Positions 17,711 through 26,871 of a stretch of DNA of 41,562 nt are shown piece by piece. A program made the translations under genes and the position numbers. Each line of letters begins with the position of its first letter. Position 1 is the first letter of the stretch. Under the pieces are notes generated by a model, which saw only the letters and a program-made list of their open reading frames with translations, had not been told where the DNA came from and searched no databases. Source of the stretch: Candidatus Fermentithermobacillaceae bacterium UBA3951 (lineage in GTDB: Bacteria; Bacillota; Sulfobacillia; Fermentithermobacillales; Fermentithermobacillaceae); NCBI GenBank assembly GCA_002385465.1, contig DGDN01000029.1, positions 2,444 through 44,005 of the forward strand, in the 5' to 3' direction.

Positions 17711-19563
17711 TGTCGGAATACGATCTCGACCTCGAGGAGGACGTAGAAGAACGACCCTTCAACAAAGAGCATTTCGCGCGCATCCTTAGCTACGCGCGGC
17801 CCTACCCCAAGACGGTGGCCCTGGCTACCGCTTTGACTCTTACGGGCATTATCATAGGCCTCGTAGAGCCTCTCATGTTTAGGGCCGCCCTCGACCAGGG
17901 CATTCATACGGGAGACTGGCGGGTCTTGGGCGCCATCTTGTCGGGGATCCTGGGCCTCCGAGTGCTTTCGCTACTAGTCTCCAGGGCGCAGATAAAGACG
18001 ACCAACTACCTGGGACAAAAAGTGCTCTTCGACCTCAGGCAGGGGCTCTTTGAGCATGTTGAACACCTGCCCTTTTCGTTTTTTGACCGGAGACCGGCGG
18101 GCAAAATCATTTCGAGGATAACGAACGATGTCAACCATATAGGCAACCTGGCGGCATCGGGCGTGATCAACGTGGTAAGCCAAATGGTGTCCTTGGTGGG
18201 CATCATCGTCATAATGATGTCGTTGCACTGGAGAATGGCTGCTCTATCTTTCACCACCATCCCCTTCCTGGCTTTGGTCCTCACGAAACTCAGGTGGGCC
18301 TTGCAGAGCGCCTGGGGTGACACGAGGAAAGCGGTGGCGGATATAAACGCCCATCTAAACGAAACCATTCAGGGCCTCCAGGTAATCCAGGCATTCGGTC
18401 GTGAGGATACAAACAGCGCCAAATTCGACCGCTCAAACCGCAAGTTCTTCGGCGCCTACATGCGTGCCATCCGGCTGGACCAGGCCTTCTGGCCGCTTGC
18501 AGACCTGGTGGGCGCCGCGGGGACATGCATCGTTATATGGTACGGTGCCAAGGAATACCTGGCGGGAAGGGTTACTCTGGGACTCATGCTTGCCTTCACC
18601 AACTATCTCGGCAAGTTCTGGGCCCCCATAAGCACTTTTTCGAGAGTCTGGAGCCAGATCTTGTCGGCCATGGCATCCGCCGAAAGGGTGTTTGGGATCC
18701 TGGACCTTAAGACCGAGATGGCGGAAAGCAAAGAGATTGTGGAGAGAGGGGTTTTAGAGCCCGTGGAGGCGGAGACCATGCCCCCCATTGAAGGCAAGGT
18801 GGAGTTCGACCACGTGACCTTCGGATACCGGGCAAAAGAACCCGTGCTGCACGATGTGAGTTTCACGGTTGAGCCCGGGGAAACCATAGCCTTGGTCGGC
18901 CCCACCGGCGCAGGCAAGACCACCATCATAAACCTACTGGCCCGGTTCTACCTGCCCACTGAGGGCAAGATCCTGGTCGACGGTCGCGACCTCATGACGG
19001 TGGACCTCGAGTCATACAGGAAGCAGATCGGTATGGTCCTTCAGGATACCTTCATTTTCTCGGGGACAATCATGGATAACCTCCGCTTCGGCAAGCTCGA
19101 CGCAACCCAGGAAGAGATCGACCGCGCCGTGGAAGCCGCCTGCGCCAAAGAGTTCATTGAAAACATGCCGGGCGGGTTCGAGGCCGAGGTCAAGGAACGG
19201 GGGACCAACCTCTCCAGCGGGCAGAGGCAGCTCCTGGCGTTCGCCAGGGCCATCTTGGCAAACCCCAGGATCCTTATCCTGGACGAAGCCACATCCAGCG
19301 TGGATCCGGAAACCGAAAGACTCATCCAGCAGGCGATGAAGGTCCTCCTCAAAGGACGCACGTCGTTCATCATCGCCCACAGGTTGTCGACCGTAAGGGC
19401 GGCAGACCGTATCATGGTCATCGAAGACGGTAAGATAGCCGAAGAGGGGACCCACGACGAACTGGTGCAAACCAAAGGCAAGTACACTTCCCTCTATGAG
19501 GCACAGTTCAAGTCACAAGAACATCGCCTCACGACGGAAACATCCGGGGGGCACTCAACCTAA
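17710..19563 (+). CDS. ABC exporter subunit 2 (TMD+NBD)
   Basis: Walker A GPTGAGKT, signature LSSGQ, ILILDEATS, IAHRLST. TGATG stop/start overlap with subunit 1. Confidence 0.95.
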   Translation: MSEYDLDLEEDVEERPFNKEHFARILSYARPYPKTVALATALTLTGIIIGLVEPLMFRAALDQGIHTGDWRVLGAILSGILGLRVLSLLVSRAQIKTTNYLGQKVLFDLRQGLFEHVEHLPFSFFDRRPAGKIISRITNDVNHIGNLAASGVINVVSQMVSLVGIIVIMMSLHWRMAALSFTTIPFLALVLTKLRWALQSAWGDTRKAVADINAHLNETIQGLQVIQAFGREDTNSAKFDRSNRKFFGAYMRAIRLDQAFWPLADLVGAAGTCIVIWYGAKEYLAGRVTLGLMLAFTNYLGKFWAPISTFSRVWSQILSAMASAERVFGILDLKTEMAESKEIVERGVLEPVEAETMPPIEGKVEFDHVTFGYRAKEPVLHDVSFTVEPGETIALVGPTGAGKTTIINLLARFYLPTEGKILVDGRDLMTVDLESYRKQIGMVLQDTFIFSGTIMDNLRFGKLDATQEEIDRAVEAACAKEFIENMPGGFEAEVKERGTNLSSGQRQLLAFARAILANPRILILDEATSSVDPETERLIQQAMKVLLKGRTSFIIAHRLSTVRAADRIMVIEDGKIAEEGTHDELVQTKGKYTSLYEAQFKSQEHRLTTETSGGHST

Positions 19564-20240
19564 AGCAGCTGCACGTTGTTGATGGTGAGCTCGAAACGGG
19601 TGTCCAAGAACTCGGCCGCCCGCTTGCAAGCGAGCATCCTTGTAAGGAATATCTCGAAGTATTCCATTACGGGCGATATTTCGGTGTCGACATCGAGCTT
19701 CAGGGTAATCACCCTTGACTCGGGGTTGACATCCACAAATGACCTGGTCGCTGCGTAGTTCACTCTGTCGTGCACGTCGAACTTGGTGATGTCCGGGTTC
19801 CTTACCCTGCTCCGGTGAACGTCTGACTTGTCGGCGATGATCAACGCCGCCGATACCGGCGACACCGCAACACAAGTCTCTTCCGGATCATGGCTGCCTA
19901 TTGCGGCCATCACGACGGCTACCTCGGCAGGGTCCATCCCCATCTCGGAGAGTATCCGCTCCACGAGAACGGCTCCTACCTGGGCGTGGAAGTAGCGGGA
20001 AACCACATTCCCCATGTCGTGGGTATACCCTGCTATGGCAGCAAGTTCCTGGTCCCTCTCTGAGTATCCAAGCCTCTCCAGCAGGTTCCTTGCTATGGCC
20101 GCCACTATTGACGCATGTCTCACCCCGTGATCGGTATACCCGAGCGCTTCCGTGGTGTCGTTGCCTCCGTCTATGTAGGCCTTAACATACGGGTTAAGCT
20201 TTACGTCCCGAAGTGTCACAACTCTCGTTACTTTATCCAC
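19560..20240 (-). CDS. HD domain metal-dependent phosphohydrolase
   Basis: TDHGVRH, THDMGN, HAQ, SHD, ADKSD. Confidence 0.9.
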   Translation of the reverse strand: MDKVTRVVTLRDVKLNPYVKAYIDGGNDTTEALGYTDHGVRHASIVAAIARNLLERLGYSERDQELAAIAGYTHDMGNVVSRYFHAQVGAVLVERILSEMGMDPAEVAVVMAAIGSHDPEETCVAVSPVSAALIIADKSDVHRSRVRNPDITKFDVHDRVNYAATRSFVDVNPESRVITLKLDVDTEISPVMEYFEIFLTRMLACKRAAEFLDTRFELTINNVQLL

Positions 20241-20773
20241 CGGTCCATCATCTCCAAAGAGTCCAGATACTCACTGTACGAGGGATTCAAGATAAACCGC
20301 CCGCGAGAGAGTATCTCGTAGTCCCAAGGGAACATTATATGACCGGAGGTCTCGAAGCCGTACCAGCTGGGTTTCCAGCTGTCATCCCTCGCCCACAAAC
20401 TGGCGGTTTTCACGGCCCGCGCCTTTTTTCTCGCGCACTCAATGGAAGCAATGCGCATGGTCTCGCCGGTGAGGACCATCTCGTCGACGACGAGCACCCT
20501 TTGTCCCGCCACTTTGTCTGAGACGGTCGTGAGCAGTCTGGGACGGTCGCTCACGATCTCGCCCCTGTGCCTCCTGGAGACCACACATGACAAGACCTCG
20601 ATCCTGAGGAGTGAAGCTATTATGGCAGCCGGGATTAGCCCTCCCTTCGCTATGCCCACAACGACCTCAGGTCCAAAGCTCCTATCCGCCGCCAGGGCGA
20701 TCCCGCGGCAGACTTCGTCAACTTCCTCCCAGGACATCTTATAGGCCTGTTCCAAAATATACTTGACTTCCAT
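20228..20773 (-). CDS. Type I phosphoribosyltransferase (Gpt/purine PRT-like)
   Basis: SWEEV, VGIAKGGLIPA, PRPP loop VLVVDEMVLTGET, IMFPW. Confidence 0.88.
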   Translation of the reverse strand: MEVKYILEQAYKMSWEEVDEVCRGIALAADRSFGPEVVVGIAKGGLIPAAIIASLLRIEVLSCVVSRRHRGEIVSDRPRLLTTVSDKVAGQRVLVVDEMVLTGETMRIASIECARKKARAVKTASLWARDDSWKPSWYGFETSGHIMFPWDYEILSRGRFILNPSYSEYLDSLEMMDRWIK

Positions 20774-20836
20774 AGGTCCGCACCCTCAAATCAAACGGCT
20801 CCGGCGAACATAGCACAAAAAGCACGCTTTCTAGAA

Positions 20837-20861
20837 ATTCCCGCTTTTTCGGCAAGATCCT
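20837..20861 (-). promoter_or_regulatory. Sigma-H-like promoter of the PRTase-HD operon
   Basis: Minus strand gcAGGA-N17-GAAT. Confidence 0.55.
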
Positions 20862-20872
20862 GCAGCGGAAGC

Positions 20873-20898
20873 AGGAAAGTCTTCGCCCAACCGAGAAT
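20873..20898 (+). promoter_or_regulatory. Sigma-H-like promoter of the 19-aa sORF
   Basis: gcAGGAaag-N15-GAAT (AGGA-N18-GAAT), 13 nt upstream of the RBS. Confidence 0.65.
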
Positions 20899-20928
20899 CG
20901 TCCCGTCAAGGAAAGGAGGTGGTGCTGA

Positions 20929-20988
20929 GTGTCTTCAAGTAGACGTCTTCTCGGCGCCTCCAATCCCAGCGGGAGGACCGCCGGGTAA
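20929..20988 (+). CDS. Unannotated 19-aa small peptide MSSSRRLLGASNPSGRTAG
   Basis: AAAGGAGGTG RBS at 20912-20921, GTG start 9 nt after GGAGG, TAA at 20986-20988, own promoter upstream and hairpin downstream. Confidence 0.62.
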   Translation: MSSSRRLLGASNPSGRTAG

Positions 20989-20996
20989 GGCCATTA

Positions 20997-21018
20997 AGCC
21001 CCCGGACCCCCGGGGGCT
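20997..21018. terminator. GC-rich hairpin between the convergent sORF and typA
   Basis: Perfect 9-bp stem AGCCCCCGG / CCGGGGGCT with a 4-nt loop; U-tracts are weak on both strands. Confidence 0.6.
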
Positions 21019-21054
21019 CCTTACTGTCCGTTACCCTATCTTTCTTTTTCTCGC

Positions 21055-22941
21055 TCACGCCTCTTCGTCAGGTTCCTGGCCCCTGTCCTTGCTCGCCCGG
21101 TGCCGCTCGTTCCGGTCCAGTATGATCTTTCGTAGCCTAAGCGCATCGGGCGTGACCTCGACAAGTTCATCTTCTCTTATCCACTGGATAGCATCTTCCA
21201 GACTCATGACCCGCTTGGGCGTGAGCCTCAATGTTTCCTCGGCAGTGCTCGCCCGCATGTTAGTAAGATGCTTCTTCTTGCACACATTGATGTCCAGATC
21301 CCGGTTTCGGGAGTTCTGCCCCACGATCTGTCCTCCGTAGACCTCCTCGCCGGGCCCGACAAACAATATCCCTCTCTCCTGGGCATTGTGGAGAGCGTAG
21401 GTGGTTGTCGTCCCGGTCTCCCAGGAGATCATGGCTCCCTCGCGCCGCGAGTGTATTTCGCCGGAGTATTCTCCGTATGAATCAAAAACCCGGTGCATAA
21501 TGCCTGTTCCTTTGGTGATGGTCAAGAACACCGGCCGAAACCCCATGAGACCTCTCGTCGGCGCGCGAAAAGTGAGGCGCACCCTCCCCGATGTATCCGG
21601 GTGCATCTCCGCCACCTCCGCGCGCCTGGGCCCCAGTTCCTCCATGACCCGGCCCATGTACTCCTCAGGGATGTCCAAGGACAATATTTCGTAAGGTTCC
21701 AATTTTTGAGCCCCGGCGCCTTTCAGGATGACTTCCGGTTTGGAAATGCCCATTTCATACCCTTCTCGCCTCATGGTCTCTATGAGGATGCCGAGGTGGA
21801 GCTCACCTCTACCGCTTACTTCGAACTCGTCGGGGTTCGCCGTCGCCTCCACCTTGAGGCTCGGGTCCTTGCGTGCTTCCCTGTAGAGGCGCTCCCTGAG
21901 GTGCCTTGATGTAAGGTAGACGCCGCTCTTCCCTGCAAACGGGCTGTCGTTCACCCTGAAAGTGACCATCATGGTCGGTTCGTCGACCTTAATGGGAGGC
22001 AATGGCTCCGGATATATGGGGTCGGCGATGGTCTCACCTATGGACACATCGTCTATGCCCGAGACTGCCGCAATATCGCCTGCGCGGGCCTCGCTCACTT
22101 CCATCCGCTCAAGGCCCCGAAAAACCCACAGGCCTGATATCTGGCCGGGAGTTACCTGTCCGTCAAGGCGGCACAGGGCAATATGCCGGCCTTTCCGTAA
22201 GGCGCCCGATTCCACCCGACCGATGGCTATCCTTCCGATATAGTCGTCATAAGAAAGCGTGCTCACCATCATCCGGAGGGGGCTTTCTGCATCACACGAC
22301 GGCGCCGGCACGTGATCGATAATGGCGTCCAGTACCGGAGATATGGTGAACCTAAAACTCGAACGATCGCCGGAAACCGTGTAGGAGAGGGCTGTCTCCA
22401 AATCGGTCGTCGCGAAACCGGCCCTGGCATCGGTGTACACAACCGGGAAATCCACATCGTCGTCGCCGGCTCCCAGGTCAATAAGGAGGTCAAAGACTTC
22501 TTCGTAGATTTCCCCCACCCGCGCGTCCCTCCGGTCGATCTTGTTGATCACAAGCACGAGCTTTAGGCGGTGCTCAAGGGCTTTCTGGACTACAAACCGG
22601 GTCTGAGGCATGGGACCATCCAGGGCGTCGACCAGGAGAAGGGCCCCGTCTACCATGCCGAGGATCCTCTCCACCTCACCTCCGAAATCGGCGTGCCCCG
22701 GCGTGTCCACAATGTTGATCTTTGTACCTCTATAGCGAACCGAAGTGTTCTTCGCCAGTATGGTGATGCCCCGTTCCCTTTCGAGGGCTGTTGAATCCAT
22801 AACACGCTCAGGGTGGAGCCTCTTTTCTCCAAAGGCGCCCGTCTCACGGAGAAGGGCGTCAACGAGAGTGGTCTTTCCGTGGTCAACATGGGCGATAACC
22901 GCTACATTGCGGATTTCCCCGGCCTTTTCATATTGGGACAT
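21055..22941 (-). CDS. typA: Translational GTPase TypA/BipA
   Basis: [59 protein letters not shown]. Confidence 0.98.
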   Translation of the reverse strand: MSQYEKAGEIRNVAVIAHVDHGKTTLVDALLRETGAFGEKRLHPERVMDSTALERERGITILAKNTSVRYRGTKINIVDTPGHADFGGEVERILGMVDGALLLVDALDGPMPQTRFVVQKALEHRLKLVLVINKIDRRDARVGEIYEEVFDLLIDLGAGDDDVDFPVVYTDARAGFATTDLETALSYTVSGDRSSFRFTISPVLDAIIDHVPAPSCDAESPLRMMVSTLSYDDYIGRIAIGRVESGALRKGRHIALCRLDGQVTPGQISGLWVFRGLERMEVSEARAGDIAAVSGIDDVSIGETIADPIYPEPLPPIKVDEPTMMVTFRVNDSPFAGKSGVYLTSRHLRERLYREARKDPSLKVEATANPDEFEVSGRGELHLGILIETMRREGYEMGISKPEVILKGAGAQKLEPYEILSLDIPEEYMGRVMEELGPRRAEVAEMHPDTSGRVRLTFRAPTRGLMGFRPVFLTITKGTGIMHRVFDSYGEYSGEIHSRREGAMISWETGTTTTYALHNAQERGILFVGPGEEVYGGQIVGQNSRNRDLDINVCKKKHLTNMRASTAEETLRLTPKRVMSLEDAIQWIREDELVEVTPDALRLRKIILDRNERHRASKDRGQEPDEEA

Positions 22942-23006
22942 GTCCTACCGGTCCTTTCGGTCTCAAGCCGCTTTGAGCATAGCTTCTCATGGAATATCGA
23001 GGATTC

Positions 23007-23015
23007 ATTATATCA
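23007..23015 (-). promoter_or_regulatory. Extended -10 promoter element of typA
   Basis: Minus strand TGA-TATAAT about 65 nt upstream of the start; -35 poor. Confidence 0.5.
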
Positions 23016-23063
23016 GGATCCGGAGACAACCCGTGAAATTCTCGCCCTCTCGCCCTTTGCGTG

Positions 23064-23092
23064 CTTACACGAGTACCGAAGGGTGCTACAAT
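23064..23092 (+). promoter_or_regulatory. Sigma-A-like promoter of the phospholipase C domain gene
   Basis: CTTACA-N17-TACAAT with a TG extension. Confidence 0.45.
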
Positions 23093-23127
23093 GGATGCGT
23101 TTATACGGCGGAAGACGGAGGGGACTC

Positions 23128-23877
23128 TTGCAGACAGAAGAGACATACCTGAACCTCTTGGGGGACCTTGGGAATAAGATAGCCAAGACTGTTAAAGCAC
23201 AATTCTTCGTGCGCTTTATAGGCACGCCGTTTCAGAAGCTTATCGATAAGTCCGGAAAGACCCACCGGTTCCTGACTGAAATGGCCGTGAGGGTCCTTGG
23301 CAACGACGGATATGAAGAAGCGGCGGCCTTTATGAGGAAGGGCCTTCACAAGATCGTAAAAGGCAATTACTGGGCCGACTCGCTCTGGATGAACTCCACC
23401 CACCACTACAACCCCCGGACCAAGCGGGGCCTTTGGATATGGCCGGGAGCCGCCGACCAGATCAAGAACTGGTTTCTGCAAGCCACATCGCTTTGGACCA
23501 GGGATATAGAAAAGTCATTGTTTATGCTTGGAGCTTGCCTTCACATTGTCCAAGATTGCTGCCAGCCTTACCATTCCAACTGCCTTGTGCTTCGGGGCCA
23601 CCAGAAATACGAGAAGTGGGTCGATAAGAACAAAGAGCTTTTCGCCGTGGAAGACGGCGGCATTTACCGTCTCTCAGAGACGCCCGAGGGCTGGGCGATC
23701 GCCAATGCAGAGTACTCAATGACATACATCGACGACGTGTGCGGACCATCGGAAGAGGCCAGGAAAGAAGCTACGGCTCTCTTGATACCGAGGGCTATAC
23801 GCACTACGGCGGGCTTCATGTTGTTTTTCCTCGAGCATGTGAGGGGAGAAACCCTTGAGAAGTGCCTGGAAGCTTGA
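23128..23877 (+). CDS. Zinc-dependent phospholipase C family protein (catalytic domain only)
   Basis: KTH, GNYWAD, HHYNP, LGACLHIVQDCCQPYH, HQKYEKWV. TTG start at 23128 behind GGAGGGG; the longer ORF-track start overlaps typA. Confidence 0.85.
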   Translation: MQTEETYLNLLGDLGNKIAKTVKAQFFVRFIGTPFQKLIDKSGKTHRFLTEMAVRVLGNDGYEEAAAFMRKGLHKIVKGNYWADSLWMNSTHHYNPRTKRGLWIWPGAADQIKNWFLQATSLWTRDIEKSLFMLGACLHIVQDCCQPYHSNCLVLRGHQKYEKWVDKNKELFAVEDGGIYRLSETPEGWAIANAEYSMTYIDDVCGPSEEARKEATALLIPRAIRTTAGFMLFFLEHVRGETLEKCLEA

Positions 23878-23893
23878 ACGATGGCCGGCGGCC

Positions 23894-26731
23894 TCACCAG
23901 TCGCCGACCACCACGTCAATGCTGTTCTTGTCGGTCCCGGAAAGATAAACCTTGTCACCCACGCGGAGATCATACAGAGTGCCTTGCACACCGTCTTTGA
24001 AGATGCGTGCCGACCTCAAAAGCTCAACGGTTTTCTTGCCGGATTTGTCGCTCACTATCAGGGTGCGGCCTTGCCTCGCCTCGATCGTCCCCTCCAACTT
24101 GAAAGGAGGAGAGTAGGTGCGCTCAACGAGGACGGCCTCGTCGGCGATATCCACGTGGATTGTTACGACGTCGCCCGGGAACAGGCTGCTTACAGGGCCG
24201 TCGACCATGAGCTCCCAGTCCACAAACCAGGTGTTCTTGTCGTATGAGACCTCCTCGTACAGCCAGTTTCCCCTCACACTCAGAACGCCTTTTGTAGAGA
24301 GCACCGTGCCCTTAAACGTGCGGTCGGGCCTCCTGTCGCTCAGGACCTCCAGGTAAGTTATGACCCCGCCGGTCCCGGCAACCCTCACAGTCGACCCAGG
24401 CTCCGGGTACTCGCCTTCTGCAAGCCCTGTCACGATGAGGTCACTTCTTATGCTGTACCGCCTCATATCGCTCAAATATGTGTAGCTGCGGTTCACCCCG
24501 AGATATACTCCGGTCGCGCTGAAGTCGACTTTGGCCGTTACCTCGGCCCAGACAATCTCCCTCAGGGCGTCAACCCAGAGCCTTACCCGGTCTCCGGGCT
24601 CCAAAGCCGACGCCCGGAGAGTCTTCTGAGCCGCCGGATGGCCGATCGTAGCCTGGGCATTCAAGTAGAAAGGATGGGATCCAAGCCCCGATGGGGTTAT
24701 TTCGAAAAGAGCCTTTTCCTGGCGTCCCGGCACTGTCCGCACCACGGTATCGATAACCCGGACATTCAGCGCGTCGTTCTGGACCCATACAAACCGTATG
24801 TCTCCGGTGGATGGCCCCGCCGCAAGCACGAAGTCTCCAATGGCGAGGTTGTGATGGCTTGTCCTGGACGAGCCATGGTAGACGACGGCCCACATGTTCA
24901 TGACGAGGTCTTCCCAGGACGCTCCTATCCTTAGGAGGTTGCCGCCAAACACGCTAATGGGCCCTTCTACGGAAACATTGGCCTTCCACACGATCTCAGC
25001 CCATACCGTCTCTTGCTTGGGGGAGAGCATGAACCGGACGCGCGAGCCGGAGGGGACACCCGAAACAGGGACGGTCGCCCTCTCCTCGATATCGGCCACG
25101 CGCAAACCGTCCGGTATGTGTATGCCGACAATGTGGCTGTCTCCGAACAGCCGGAAGCCTTGCGCGGTAGCAACCAGGTGGCCCTCCACTACGGTCGTGT
25201 CACCCAACGTATCGTCTACACGAACAAGGCGTATGTCGTTTGCCGAGGCGCCGTAGACGGTCACGGTGTCGCCGGACGATATTTCCCTCGGCCACCGATT
25301 CCCGTGAGCATCCTGGATAATGGCGTTCCAGGCCATAGAGCACTCGATCCAGCGTTCGCCGATAAAGAGGGACGGCCCGCTTTTCGCCATCACTTGGCCC
25401 TTTTGCGTGAAATTGTGGGCCGAAGTCTTTGACATGGAGGCCACAAAGCCTTCAGGCGAAAGGACCACTCTGACCTGCTCGCCGGGGAGGAGCCTCTCAA
25501 GCGTGCTCCGGTTCACGGGCCATCCGTCCATGGTGGTGGCGGACGTCACCTTGAAGGTGTCCTCGTAGCCCGCGGGGTACATCCCCCGGAAAGTCATGGC
25601 CTCAGGATTGGTGCTCACAACGGTGACGTCCCGGGCGCCTATATCCGGAGCGGTTACGCCCCCCGGAGCCGAACCGGCCATCCTGGTCAAGACGGCGCTC
25701 ACTGCCTGCTCGTATTCTGCCGGCACCAAGACCTCTGTGGACTTTGGGTGGTAACCTTCCATCTCAAGTGTTACCTCGTGCATTCCGGGCCTAACCGGGA
25801 TCTTAAGAGGAGTCGTGCCACGCATTTCGTTGTCCACGTAGACGAGGGCGCCTTGGGGAGTAGAAGTCACAACCAGAGTGCCGGTGATTTCATCGAGAGA
25901 GGCATGATAGGTCGCAGTTTCCATCGAATCTACCCGCACGATTCCCCTGTGGTCCCTGTAACCGTCGGCCCTTACAAGCACCTCTCTCTCACCCGGAGCG
26001 CATGACACTTCGAGAGGAGTTCTGCCGCGCAAGGTTCCGTCGATATATACCCGGGATCCCGCGACGCTGGCTGTCACGGACAGACGTCCTGCCCGTGCCA
26101 CCCTATCCACCAAAAGGGCCTCGTTTTCAAAGCCCAAGACTTTGACTGTGTCACCCGTCTCGAGAAAACTTTCGAGCTCTTCCCCGCTTCTCGCCGTAAG
26201 AGCCCCTGAATCCAAGAGCAAGGTATCGGCCCTTGAGAAGACCGCCTTCCCGCCTACATCCATTTCACCTGGCTTCTTAAGTGTCAACGTGCCTTCCACG
26301 GAGAAAAACTGGGCCAGTTCCCGTATTCGACACACTTTTCCCTGGGGGTTGACGGTAACCTCCACCGCCTTTTCCGCGCCTTCCCCAACACTGAAAGCCC
26401 CCTGCTTGACTCCTTTCCCTGCGGAGTCCTTTACAGAATACCGCGGCGCCAAAGGCACTTTGACTAGAGGGGACTCCGTGCCGTCCGGACAAAACCGGTC
26501 GGTAAGGCCTGAAGCCGGCTTGTAGAAGGTCAGGCCTTCCTCGTCCATTGCGACGGCAATGGCGGTAAAGGTTGTGCTCCTTTTCGCAGTGTAATACTGA
26601 GCTCCCAGGTAGAAGGCGCCGACTGCCAGTACTGGAAGAAGCACCAAGAGGGCGAGAGGCATCGACTTCCGCCTTGCCGCAGCTCTTCCCGGTGAGGCTC
26701 CCGTATTTGTGCCGGTCATGCTTTGTGCCAT
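23894..26731 (-). CDS. Membrane-anchored PEGA-domain protein with multiple short beta-rich (DUF5666/OB-like) repeats
   Basis: Basic N-terminus plus a TM helix, two PEGA units (VYIDGTLRGRTP, STPQGALVYVDNEMRGTTP), and about nine hxxG(D/E/S)xVxh motifs. AGGAGGT RBS. Confidence 0.8.
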   Translation of the reverse strand: MAQSMTGTNTGASPGRAAARRKSMPLALLVLLPVLAVGAFYLGAQYYTAKRSTTFTAIAVAMDEEGLTFYKPASGLTDRFCPDGTESPLVKVPLAPRYSVKDSAGKGVKQGAFSVGEGAEKAVEVTVNPQGKVCRIRELAQFFSVEGTLTLKKPGEMDVGGKAVFSRADTLLLDSGALTARSGEELESFLETGDTVKVLGFENEALLVDRVARAGRLSVTASVAGSRVYIDGTLRGRTPLEVSCAPGEREVLVRADGYRDHRGIVRVDSMETATYHASLDEITGTLVVTSTPQGALVYVDNEMRGTTPLKIPVRPGMHEVTLEMEGYHPKSTEVLVPAEYEQAVSAVLTRMAGSAPGGVTAPDIGARDVTVVSTNPEAMTFRGMYPAGYEDTFKVTSATTMDGWPVNRSTLERLLPGEQVRVVLSPEGFVASMSKTSAHNFTQKGQVMAKSGPSLFIGERWIECSMAWNAIIQDAHGNRWPREISSGDTVTVYGASANDIRLVRVDDTLGDTTVVEGHLVATAQGFRLFGDSHIVGIHIPDGLRVADIEERATVPVSGVPSGSRVRFMLSPKQETVWAEIVWKANVSVEGPISVFGGNLLRIGASWEDLVMNMWAVVYHGSSRTSHHNLAIGDFVLAAGPSTGDIRFVWVQNDALNVRVIDTVVRTVPGRQEKALFEITPSGLGSHPFYLNAQATIGHPAAQKTLRASALEPGDRVRLWVDALREIVWAEVTAKVDFSATGVYLGVNRSYTYLSDMRRYSIRSDLIVTGLAEGEYPEPGSTVRVAGTGGVITYLEVLSDRRPDRTFKGTVLSTKGVLSVRGNWLYEEVSYDKNTWFVDWELMVDGPVSSLFPGDVVTIHVDIADEAVLVERTYSPPFKLEGTIEARQGRTLIVSDKSGKKTVELLRSARIFKDGVQGTLYDLRVGDKVYLSGTDKNSIDVVVGDW

Positions 26732-26871
26732 GGTACCTCCTGCGACCTCTCTCCGAGACCGCCAATCATTTTATCGGCTTCACGGAGAGGATCTTGAACC
26801 GCCAACCACCCGATTTCGTCTTCGTAATAAGAATGTGGCTCGGAAAACCTTTAGAGAGGAGACCTTACGCT

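Noticed and set aside
20922-20942. Alternative ORF MLSVFK behind the same strong RBS
   Set aside because: Its GTG is only 2 nt from GGAGG, too close for efficient initiation; the GTG at 20929 has normal spacing.
20739-20963. 74-aa minus-strand ORF in the PRTase/typA gap
   Set aside because: No RBS, overlaps the PRTase start out of frame and crosses both promoters; the plus-strand sORF explains the signals better.
22813-23127. N-terminal extension of the phospholipase C ORF (similar over-extensions on ybjQ, AEC, M20, hisS and relA)
   Set aside because: The extensions overlap neighbouring genes or promoters; downstream starts have clear RBSs and match family N-termini.
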